A stretch of DNA of 64,000 bases from Balanoglossus misakiensis. Taxonomy: Eukaryota > Animalia > Hemichordata. Positions 25,498 to 37,719 of this stretch are shown piece by piece. The DNA lies in contig CM082578.2 in the NCBI GenBank assembly GCA_040954595.2, positions 17,677,912 through 17,741,911 of the forward strand. Direction: 5' to 3'. How positions within the stretch are numbered: position 1 is the first letter of the stretch; each line of letters opens with the position of its first letter. The position numbers and the translations under genes are program-made. The notes below the pieces were generated by a model that was given only the letters and a program-made list of their open reading frames with translations, did not search any database and had not been told where the DNA came from.

Positions 25498-28104
25498 TCA
25501 CACAAACTTCAGGTACTTCAGCAGTAGTGGTGGAAGATGTAACCGATCGATATATTTGAGCCTGGCATGGCCGAGAATTCTTCGTATCAAGTGTCTACAA
25601 ATATGCATCAGGGACTGCGGGTGACCTGAAATGGTGGAAGACAAAATTAGAATGCAACATATACCAACTGGTGATTGGATCTGACCTTTGAACTCGCCAC
25701 TAGCGGGCGCTGTCTACGTAGCTTACGGTATGTGGTTTGGGATAGTCATGATATCTGCTAGACTTCATTACCAACGTCAGAGTGTATATAGAGGACTTCA
25801 TTGCAAACTTCAGAGTGTATAGAGTATAGGGTGAAGTTCCACTTACTTTGCCAGTAAATAAGAAGTTCTTTTGCGTCCCCCTTGGTGTAGTCTATCGCTC
25901 TCAGCTCTTTATTGTCAATCAATGAAGTGTTGGCACCGAACTCCAGCAATGAGTGAATGATTTCTGTGTTGTTATACTTGGCAGCCCTGTGCAGCGGTGT
26001 TTCTAAAATCTTTGTAGCATTGACATTTGCACCTAATTAATGAGAAAGGAGGCTGTCATATATTCATGTACATTCTGATTTCTGTGCCCCATTACCTCCC
26101 TCTAGGTGTGAAATTTATACTTTCATGAAATATTTGTGATCAGCAAGTCAATATTGTGATAGAATATCATTCTGTAAATTTCTGATGAACAAGAATTCAA
26201 ATCTTAATTATAGATTGTCTTATGTCAGCTGCAGCAAACTTCATCAAAGGTCCATGTTTTTTTCTTCAGATAGAAAGACTGAAACTATTCTTTACATATC
26301 ACTTTGGAGGAATTATCTGAACTTTAACACTGTAGCACAAGTGGACACTTGGTAACAAATCACACACCGGCAGACTTTCTGCCAAGGAGAAGATAAAGGC
26401 ATACCAGCTTTCAGAAGCACTTGTACACTTTTGGCACATTCTTTAAAGCAAGCAATGTGCAGCGGTGTGCCATAGTGACAATCTGAAGACTCTAAGTCAG
26501 CACCTGCATCAATTAACAATTCCATGCACTCCCATTTCCCTGGTGAAAAAGAAAAAACAACAGTGATTCCTTCCATAACTATATTCCACATAGAAAAGTT
26601 TCTGTGGAAAGGATTCAGGAAATTGACAAGTATGATGAAGTTGATACACAGTACAAAATACTGGGGAAGTCAAAAATTACGGCCAGCCTTCTGTCCCTGT
26701 GTTATCAAAATGCATGGCATTTTTATACTGACTTCTTGTGTCACATTACCTCTCATTGCAGCTTCATGGAGTGGAGAGGCTGTCAGTAAGTGTGGATTGA
26801 CTTGGGCGCCATGATCAAGAAGAAGTTGTACACATTCCACACTGCCACTGACACAGGCATCGCACAATGGAGTTGCCCCATCGATGTTTCTGGCATTCAC
26901 CTTAAAAATGACAAAATGCAACTTTTTGGATAAATGCAAATGTGGCCACTGGTGGCGCTATCATCAGTCTGATGTCCCTTTCCTAGTACATGTACTGTGA
27001 GAAAGGGGTGAATGTTGTTGTTGTTGTTGTTGTTTTATAATGTAGGAAATTGTTGCGAGTTCTAAGGTGTACAGACAGCAGTCTAAACATATAGTCATGG
27101 AAACTGCTAACACAGTGTACATTTCAAAATTCAAACTTTTCCAAGCCAGACTGAACAAGAAACTTCTTGCCCAAATCACCCACAGAAACTCACCGAAGAC
27201 CCTGCTTTTATCAGCATCTTAGCACAATAGTATCTTCCCTGAAGGCAAGCCTCGTGGAGTGGTGTCTCTCCATCCATGGTTGCTTTGTTCACATTTCCAC
27301 CCTGTGCTATCAGTGACTGCAGCAACAATAATTCCCCATTGGCTGCAGCATGGTGCATTTGGGTCCTGTCAGCCAAAGTCCATGAATCTGGATCAAAACA
27401 AGGACAGTTTAGAAGCTAGGCCAGCAAGGCAGCTCGCATCCATGAATCTAGGTCACAGATACGATTTAGTTGGATCCAATTTACATTTGTTCCTCCCCTA
27501 AAATCAACCTCGAAGACCAGTTGCATCAGTGGCCTGTGGTCTGGCCTTGACACAAAAACAATTTTTTCCCCCAATTAATTTATACTAATAAGCTGGTTGG
27601 CATAATAGTAGACAGGAAGACAAAGTCAATATGTTGCCTCATAGATACACTTATTAAACTGATCATAATTGTTTCGTTGGTGTTGTTTACTTGCTCATCT
27701 CTGCACTGGCCACTTTACATATGTACATAATACTCACTCTGGACTATTGTACTTGTGAATGCTGTTCAGTGACTGCATGTACCTATAAATAATCAATACT
27801 GTGACTCCGAGTCCGACTATTTAAAGTCTCATATTGGATTATTAATATGTTTAAGTTAGCCCGAAATACTAGTTTCAGTAAAGCCACATAGGTCTCAAGT
27901 ACCACCTGCCTGCAAGTTGAGGGTACACCTGGTGACATGTGTCATATATGATCAGCTTACGTACTTTAAGTCAGACTACGCCTCATGATTTCGCTCAAGG
28001 GTAATGTGTACTTGTCGTAATATTGTTTGAGTCATGTTCCTACTTATGTTTATAACACGCACTGTCTGTCAAATATAAGTAAACTCACCAAAATACCGGT
28101 GCAT
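25498..28104 (-). CDS. ASB13: Ankyrin repeat and SOCS box protein, ASB13-like, about 269 aa, 6 coding exons
   Basis: Exons 28104-28089, 27387-27194, 26900-26750, 26539-26405, 26032-25847, 25625-25498, all phase-consistent. VNARNIDGATPLCDACVSGSVECVQLLL...VNPHLLTASPLHEA and LIDAGADLESSDCHYGTPLHIAC match the recalled ASB13/ASB5/9/11 clade. Terminal SOCS box PQSLMHICRHLIRRILG...IDRLHLPPLLLKYL. Confidence 0.9.
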
Positions 28105-28331
28105 TGTAATTTTGCAAGCCGATCACGTCATACAATATAAACACCGTATCTGCTGAACATCTTTGACCTGTTAAAACTGTAACCAATCAAATCTATCGTC
28201 TGTATGTACTAATTTACATAACACAGGCAATCTGATTGGTAAATGGTAAAGAAGCTTTGCAACGAACGGCGGGAATGCACGTGTGGAAGGATGGTCAACC
28301 GAACCAAAACAACAGATAGAAAGATGTAATC
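28105..28331. promoter_or_regulatory. Bidirectional promoter between the ASB13-like and TASOR-like genes
   Basis: Divergent ATGs 227 bp apart, oppositely oriented CCAAT boxes (aaccaatc near 28181, ctgattggt near 28232), E-box cacgtg near 28278, CpG-rich. Confidence 0.7.
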
Positions 28332-31300
28332 ATGTCTAATTTGTTCGAGATATTGAATTTGGATAGTTGTGAAGCAAAGGACGGCGAAAAGGGAGAAGAA
28401 CAAGTTCGAAATGGCGGTGAATTTGATCGACGCGAGTCGAGTCAAGAAGAGGCCAACATGGCCGACAAAAATATATGTCGGGGCGAAGTCGACGAAGAGA
28501 TACAAAGTCCACCGAGCTGTGAATCAAACATCGAAGTCAGTGACATTCAAGAAGAAAGTGGTTCAGAGAAAGAGTCGGCACCACTCCAACCCATAAAAAG
28601 TTTCATTATTCCCAGGAAGAAGAAGAAAAGCAAAGGTTAGAATAGCGTTATATTTGGCCTCACGTTGGGTATTTAACTGCATCATGTGCATGCAATGTAC
28701 ATTACCGCATCGCTAGCAACATCATGAGCAATGTCTGTCACCAAACAGTTGCATTTCCCCGTTGTACAGCCCTGTCTATCTAAGACTCAAGGTTGAATCT
28801 TCTGTTATGTGTTTTACGAGTTTTGGTTCAAACGGCGAAAATTGGGAAAATCTCACGAAAAGAGATTTTTATAAGTAAACAAAATGTATGTTTCTAGTAA
28901 AAGTATATGAACAGATCATTATTCAGATCATAAATAAATTTTCATTTCTGCACACAAAGAAACCAAATTCTCGGATGATCTAGATTTTATTATTAACAAA
29001 ATTATTTTAGAGAGGTAAGTTGATAATGAATAATTTGTTAGAATAATTTTTTTTTTTTTTTTATTAAATTATATTTTTTGTTAATTTTAACCATGATTTG
29101 GTAATATTCTAGGATTAAGCCACGTGTGTGAAACCTTGATAATAGAAATACCTACACTTGTAGCCTACAGGTATCTGTTGCACATGCATAATACAAACAA
29201 AGGCATATCAGAGATGGAATTTTACAATTTGCTGGAATTGCATTTAACAGTCTTCCAGTAAAAATGGATGATTTTACTTAGTTAGTCAAAGTAGTTAAAT
29301 AATCATTTCAGTTTTACAATTCTGTGGTTCACAAAAGTTGCCTCTTAAACACAATGCAGACTCATGTCTGAACAATGCAAAGTGATGTTTCTACATTGCT
29401 CCTGGCTTATAGAAAAATGCAGATGAAAAATTCATGAAAGGGTAAAGGTCATATTATCTGCAACTGTTGGTAATTTGTAGACCCACAAATCTGCCATGAT
29501 GTAATATACAGCCTTTTTCAAGTTAAACTTTCCATCATTTATAATAATAAACAAATAGATCACATTGCAAAGAAAACGGGGCATTATACAGTTAAGAACA
29601 TTCATTGCCATGACATAGTAGTGTTTCTATGGAGATTAAATGTTTTATTAATTTATAATACATGTCTATGCTCTTATGTCCAGGGGTTTTTTGCATTTGC
29701 ATATTTATATGGATAAAACATTAATTGGTGAAAACACACTCAAACAAGTGGATGGTTGATAGTGTTTCTATTCACACATATTATAGGCTATGACTTCATG
29801 AATAAAAACACCAAAGGATGTTACAGGTCAATGTAATGAAACTATATAAGTGCCGACCACTAAGCATTTCGTGTACATTGTAAGGCATATTTGTTCTGCA
29901 CAAAAAGTCCATCACCAATGATTGAAAAAATAGAAATTAAGGCTTCATTCATGACATGAATCCAACACATGTCCTAGAATAGATAGTTTTTTAGGGTAAG
30001 CAAAATGTTTTAAAAATATACAGCTTCATATTATGCAGGGGTTATAAGTTGCAGGTATGGTACAGCAGCTATTGTGTACGAAAATACGACTTGTTAATTG
30101 CAAACTCAGTTTGTTACATTTAATAAAAGGCAAGCTATTTTCTGTAAAAAAAAATGCCAGTGTTATTGCAGTATATGATAATTTGTTTTCAATCCAGAGG
30201 TTTGCATCATAATTGACTCTCGCCAGCCAAAGTTTCAGCACGTAAAACATGAAAATGTATGTGATCATCATTATTTTAGGTCAATATAGCAGGAAGGACA
30301 CATGGATATTTAATTCAAAGTTCAAAGCTATGTCTCTACATACAATTTTCATGGAATAATTCGCAGTTCAAAGCTATGTCTGTACAATTTTCAAATGCAA
30401 ACCATGTGTTGAAATTTGTGAAATAATTTTATCCCAGCTGAAGTTTTGAATCAAATTTCATCAGAGCTTAACACCACCCTACCCCACAGACTGCTCATTT
30501 CCGGTGATGTTGAAAATGTTAAAAATCCATTGAATTGTAATTCACCACTTTGCCCAATCCTCTTCTAGATTTACTTCACAAGATACCACTGACTTCAAGA
30601 GAGTACACCAAAGACATTTCACCAATCATTACAAAGAGCTACCGAGAACACACCTCAAGGACAAGATTCCTCTATGAAGAAGTGTACATGGTGCATAATG
30701 AAGAACTTACAAAAGAGGTATTAAATACACAAGAATTTGTTGGACACTCTTTCTAATACTCTGTGCTTACCCCATTCCTGTATACATACCATTTTATTCC
30801 TAGATAGATACCTGAAAACTGAGATGTCATTGTCATATTCTAGTGGTAATGTATTATTTTGACAGTTACAGACATTTGTGCATATGATTATATATGTGAA
30901 CTTCCTGTTACCAAGAAGTGAAATGCTATATGGCTATTTTAATAGTTTGTGACTTGCTGTTAGCGTCATGCTTGTAGACTTAGGTTGCATGTTCTCAGAA
31001 TCCTTACAGAAGAGCTATTCAAAATGATTATATGAGCATGTGCAGACTACACATGTGTCAGATTACATTAAAAAATGTGTATTGATTTCAAAAAAGGGCA
31101 ATTTCTTTGTACTGTATGTGCCCTTTGCACTTGGGTCATCGCCAGTGCTATTGTGTTGTAACACACCCCGGGTAACAAATACACAGTATAAGAAAAAGAA
31201 TGTATTGTTTGCTCTGTTCATGTGCCCAGTAAATAATGTCTCACTCCTACCAGAGACTGAATGCTCATATTATAGTTGTCGACCAGTTGTACGAGTGTGT

Positions 31301-34300
31301 GTATTTTCTCTGCCAACAGTTCCAAGAGAAGAGGAAAGAGATGAAGAATGAAGGGAGAACAGAGAAAGAATTGAGCGAAAGCCACGCCTTCTATTCCGTA
31401 GATAATATGGAACAGGTGAGCAGTTCAACTTGTTAGCTGCTCACCAGCTCAACCCACTCATCAAGTTAATTAAAATGTCATGAAAAAACTTGATGTCTGG
31501 CATATAATGACAGAAAATAGAACTGTATGTAGTATTATAATAATTGGTAAATTGTACTTCCTTGATTAGCGTAATTGCATTCACAATAACAATGGCCCCT
31601 CACAGCTGAGACAGTGATGCAGATGACCATTTTGATTAGCTGCTACTATTTTCTTTCTGACTAATTGATCATTAGTGATACTGGATTGTCCATGCCAATC
31701 AACTGGAACATTAACAGAAGAAACATGATCCCTGTCTGTGTACAAGTATTTGAAAGTGATATTTTTATTGCACAATATGTTTTTTGAGAAAAATAAATAC
31801 ATATATAGCCATAAAAGTATTAAAAGTGTTCTCAAAATGGAATATGACCATACATGATGTATGTATTTAGGAGCAGCTTCACGATTGGATAACGATGTTT
31901 TGTTGTTGTTTTTTTAAGGCAAAAGAGATATGTAAGCATGGTTTGAGAGTGGACAACAGCCCTGTCACATGCCTGGGTAACCCATCAATGGGTGAGTTTC
32001 ATTTAATAACATAATGATTAAGACACTGGAAGTCATAATTGAAACTAACATTGAGGTACTATGTGGTCAGTGAAATTTGGTGTAATAATTGATCTGAATA
32101 ACTGATGCAAAGTAATGTTGATCAGTAAAATGTGCTATTTGCTTTTCCACTTTTTTGCCATATTGAAGTAAAATGTAAATGCATGCAAACAGTGCAACAG
32201 ACCAAAATTGGAAGATTTTGGATAGCTGAAAAAAAGACTATCTAATGAGCTGTGCTTGTTCTTTTCAGTAGCGTTCCCTGTTTTTTTCTAAAGGCTTTTC
32301 AAATATTTTTCTTTACAAAACAGGTGTATATGTGTCCAGATATTCTGACTTAATTAACCGATCTATAGTGAGTGTTGGTACACAGGCTGTACTCATCATC
32401 TTCAAGCTGATTAAGGTACTGTAGAATTGGACTTTATATAAGATTGGTTGAAAAGCGCTTGTCAAGGGCAAATGTGATCAATTTCAAAAAGCTAAATTTC
32501 CATCCCTCAGTGTCAGAGGACACCATTTTTCTCTCCAATGGCTAATACATTAACAGTTATGTTATATTAAAAGAACACACACCTATCAGATGTGTGGCCT
32601 CATGTAAAATTGGTGTGGCATAAATCTTTCAGCGAACAGGCAATTTAACATGTCACTTTTGTTGACATTTGGTTCTCCTGCTGACATGGCCCATGTGTCT
32701 GCCTTTCTTGAGGTCAGTTTTTCCACCATTATAAAACAATATCACAGAAATGCGTGATCTGAAATAAAGATTATGTTCACCTTGGCAGGTAATTGCTTTG
32801 CAATACATTGCATTGGAAATTTGTAGTACTAGTATTTATGTGGTGGATCTTCTTATATGGAGTCAGTCAATTGTACTTTGGATTTATTTCAGGGTAAAGT
32901 GAAAGCTGTAACTGAGTGTCACCAGAGCTGGAACATTCAAGAACCCATCCCTAACTTTGATTGCCATGTCTCAAAAACTGCCAACATCAATATTTCAAAT
33001 CTCACCACCCAGCAAGCACATGATTCAACTCAGGTAATTCCGTCCAATTCTTTTCATGTCCTTGTCTGCTCTATTCTTTGACGGAATGGATTTTCTTCAC
33101 AGCTTCTGCTCAGATTGGACACATTTGTCTGTGCCGTGATCATTTCTTCGCAATTCAGTTTTGGATTTCATCATAGGACTAGGTAGATGACAGAGTAACA
33201 GAAACAGACCTCGCCAACTTATTGACTTTTAGCTATTTCACAAAAAAGGATGAAGCCGTCCACATGCACACAATATTATTGGGTTATGGATGAGGGCTCA
33301 GTGAGTGATGTATTGGACTAGTTCACATCAAACTCTGTAATTCCATTATTGTTTTTTTTCCAATAGATTTATCTTTATGAATTTGGAGATCTGGACATGG
33401 TTGAACGTCCCAGACACCTATGTCCGTATGCCATTGTATCCTTTCGGTATCAGGCACTACCAAAGTCATCACCACACAGCTCACAGCTTTCCATGACCAC
33501 TCCACCAAGGACAAGGTACCTATACTCATTACCCAGCTATCACAAATGGTGACATCTTCCAGCACTGCTCTGTCACATTTCTCTAGCAGGCAGGCAGAAC
33601 AGCATGAATTTCTTTATGTAAAACACCCAAAATGTTACAAAAGCATGCACAGATAGAATAATTGAAGATCTCTATTGTTATTTCAGCACATCCATCAGAG
33701 GCCCCAGTACACCACCTGTCATGGGTGGCCCACCTCTTGGAACAAAAATTGTTCCCATCTTCAAAAACCCAGCTTCACTTGAAGGTATGGTATTGCAAGA
33801 TTATAATATGAGTATGCATTTTCATTGTTCCAAATTAGTTTCACCAAGATGATGGTCACCACCACACAGCTTAACAATGAAATTGATAAAATCTTTACCA
33901 ACTTTGTAACCACAAGATAGGAGATAATTATGAGTGGTAATATGCTTCAGTGACAACCTGTTGACAACCTTCCCCAAATAAACATAAAACTGTTCCACAA
34001 TCAGACTTAATTTGCCTCATTCAAACAAAATAATAATCAATTGATTATGCTTTCTTGGCAATGAATCAATATTTTGTTTCATTTTTCACTTTCTTTTTGT
34101 AAACCAGCTGGACAGTATGAAACTATGAATGACAATGGTTATGCATTATGGTCTGGACTGTTTTGCAATAAAACCAAACTGATGTGCAATGTGAAGATTT
34201 TATCATACGCCTCTCCCATCCAGCCAGTTCAAATGTAAGTTCCACATGGTTTTCAGAAGCATGTATATTTGATTTGCAGGATCCGTATGCTCCTGAAAAA

Positions 34301-37300
34301 TCCTGGAAATTGAAACCACTGGTGGTTACAAGGTGACAGTTTGTAAAATTGAATGTGTCTTGTCTCAGATTTGTATTTCTATAAGAATGTTGTGTTGTTT
34401 TTACCTTGTAGACCAAGCACAGTGAATTTGTGTCTGAAAATGCCAGTCAGTAAATTAAGGGTTCACTTGGCACCACGAATATTCATCAAAGGCCTGCCTA
34501 TAAATACAGGAGAGAAAGAAGGCAAGTTTTTATTCATCTCAAAAGGCAATTTAATTACTATATGAGTTGTGCCATTATTTCAGTTTTATGAAGAATGACT
34601 GTTTATTCATTAATCTTTTTCTTCTGTGTGATTGCACTATTCAGTTTTTGTTGACGGCAAGTATTATGTGTACTGTGAAGCCAGAGCTATGAGTGATTTC
34701 AAAGGGAGCCTCTCCAGGTTTATGAAATACTTGGAATCTAACCGACTGGTAAGTCAAATTGTCAGTGTTAACATAATTTTAATGGCCAATAATTGGTAAC
34801 AAGTACACAGCTACATGACCACAGAGCTTTATTTTCTTGATGTGGTTTCTGAAAACTTTCCTGTACCCCAAAACTAACAACGATATCTTAATGGTACAAT
34901 AATACTTCTTGTTTTGTCAACAGGCTGCAGTAGTTCAGCTAGCAGAAATGACAGAGTTATTCCTACTGCCAACGTCGCAGCTGACCCATGACTTGGGCAT
35001 GACAGCTCCCAATTACCCCATGGTTCTACATGGCCTTTTTGTCTCTTTCAAGCCCACCATTCGCCACATTAAAGGTACATGTACTTAATCGTGCCATTGT
35101 TTCAGAGCTTGTAATTATCACGAATAAAGGACTAACAGATGTGATTTATAGCTTGATAAGATCTACTTCACCAAAGTTCCGAGTCACAAATGTCACAACT
35201 CACTATTGTGTGTTGGAGATCTGTAGATTTAACATTATATGAAAGAAACTGATTTGGATTTGTGTTCCAGCTGAACTCTCGTATCATTTCATTGGTGTAT
35301 TGCCGTTCATTTACATTACTGTCTCTATTCCAGTTTTAGGTGCAATGAATACTGCAAGGCAGCCTGGGGAAGATAGTAATACGTTCGTTCCAGTCCTAGG
35401 AGAACCGGCCATAGACTCGTCCCCGGCCAAAGTAATGGAGGCACGAGCTGCCGTCGCCGTGGCAGTAGACCAGCAGAGGATGCACCAGATGAGGTGTGCC
35501 AGCAAACCACCAGTCATGTCGCCATCTGTTTTACGCCGACCAACTCAGCAACGGTCATCCTATGCTGCCTATGGAGCTGATGGCGTCCCTGTGACAACAG
35601 ACACTTGGCAGGATCCGATGAGCTCGATCAGGAGTGTCGCTCAACCCCCGAGTGGTGTGGCGCCCTCGCAGCCCAGACCAAGTTTTGCTGCCGCCGATCC
35701 AAGGCAGTACAAGTATACAACTCAAACCCCAGCCATTCCACCAGTTCCTCACAGTCCACAGGGAGCACATGGACAGCTTCCCCCCTTACACTCAAGCTCA
35801 AACTCATCAGACATCTCCCAAATGCAGCTCCCAAACACTCAGGGCCCAGATAGAAATGAAGCCCCAAGTAATGAAGGCCAGAGTGGATCCGGTGACGGCA
35901 CCGATCTGTCATCAGATGTCAGCTCCTTTTTACTTAAAATACCCAATAGCCAGGCTATTACTGCTGATAAACTGAACAGGATTCTTGAGAAGTTGAAACC
36001 TCTTCTGGATAACCCTGGAGAAGACGCAGAGACAGCAGGAGCACCACCCTCACAAGCAGCAGCAGCAACTGCCAGTAGTCCACTACCTGCAGCAACTCTG
36101 CCATCAGCTGCAGCAACTCCTACTCTTAGTGAGCCACCAACAGCAACTCTTGCCAGTGACCTTTCACCTGCAGCAGTGACTCCTTCAGCTCATCTGCCAC
36201 AGGTCGCAGCCACTGCCACTCGACTGCCAGCACGAGTGACATCTTATTCCGATCTACTATCTCCTGGTGAACTAGCTTCCATCCACAAGGATCTTGGCAC
36301 ATCTCCAGGTGAGCTGGCTTCCATGCAGAAAGAACTTCGTACATCAACAGTTTCTAAATTTCCACAGCAAGGAGATGTTCGCAAAGTTGTCATAGGTGAC
36401 CGCGAGTCAAGTGGTGCTGCTACTTATAAACTCAACTCAAAAGACGGTGCAAGTCCGATAATCAATCTGGACTCACTGCAACCCGAGAAAGGGATCGACA
36501 AGAGGAAAGTAATTGATATAAAGCTACAAGAGTATTCCACAAAAATCCAAGAGTTACGGGAGGAACTCCAACGCCAGACCGGTGGGAAACCAGCAACCCC
36601 GAGCGATGGAAGCGTGGAATTAAGCGAATCGGACGCAGCCTCTGCTACGGATGGGGCGTCTGCGTATTCCGTCAGGAAAGACAAGGAAACATGGATGGAA
36701 GATCTGGATGAGACTGCGGCAGAGAAGAAAGCTAGACATAGAGCAATCATGGACATCAATGAAATGAAAGCTTTCCTTGATCAAACTTGCTCCTCTTCAA
36801 GAATAGACAATGCAGACGACATGAAGAATTACCTAAATGCAACGGTACAGAAAGGTGGAAAAGTCTTGAAACTGAAGAAGCGGAAATATCCAGAATCTTC
36901 AGGTGTCGAATCAACGGAAAAGGGAGGTGCTGACAAGAAAAAGCCAAAAGGCATGAAACAGAGAGAGGAAAACTCGAAAAATTACAAAAGCAAAGGTAAC
37001 CAATCAATTTTCATGTGTCTTTCATATGAACTGAATATTCTCTACTGGTTTGATATAAACATTGAACGTGTGAAAATTATTAGAGAAAAAAAATCTCTAT
37101 TCACTTTTTGATATTTTTTTTTGTCTTACTTTCAGGTGTTTCAAGTTCTTACCAGATATCAGAAATCAAGAATGAATTTGATAAACTTCCTGACACACGC
37201 ACTGTACACAAGGATCACAAAACCTCTGAAACTTCAGGAGGTTGCACCAGTTCAGGGCGGGAGGTGACAGAAAGTGGGTGCAACAAAGGATCAGGGAAAG

Positions 37301-37680
37301 CTGCAGTCATTCGGGAGGAGATGGGTTGCACTACTGATGATGTACTTGATGTTGCCGTTGAATTCAATGAATTTGAAGTGGATCGAGGCATGGGAGAAGG
37401 AAAGGAGCCCAGGAAGGAAGTGGCAACTCCACAAAGGGAGGACACTGAGACTCCACAAAGGGACGATCGTGAGACAACACGAAGGGACGACACTGCCAAA
37501 CCAGATGATGAAGAGGAAACAGGCTGCACATTCTCTTCTGCATTTGCTCATCACAAAGTAGAGGTTGATGGCAGTGAAGTGAAAATAACAGCAAAGTGTT
37601 CAAAGACAAAGATAGAAAAAGCGACTGGTAAAACAAATGAAGAGAAACTGAGGATGTCTGTCATCTCTGCATTGCACAGG

Positions 37681-37719
<39 letters not shown>

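Noticed and set aside
34280-34332. Extra cassette exon (cag|GATCCG...ACAAG|gtgac) in the SPOC region
   Set aside because: Only 45 nt from the preceding donor and hits a stop in the required phase; the SPOC alignment is complete without it.
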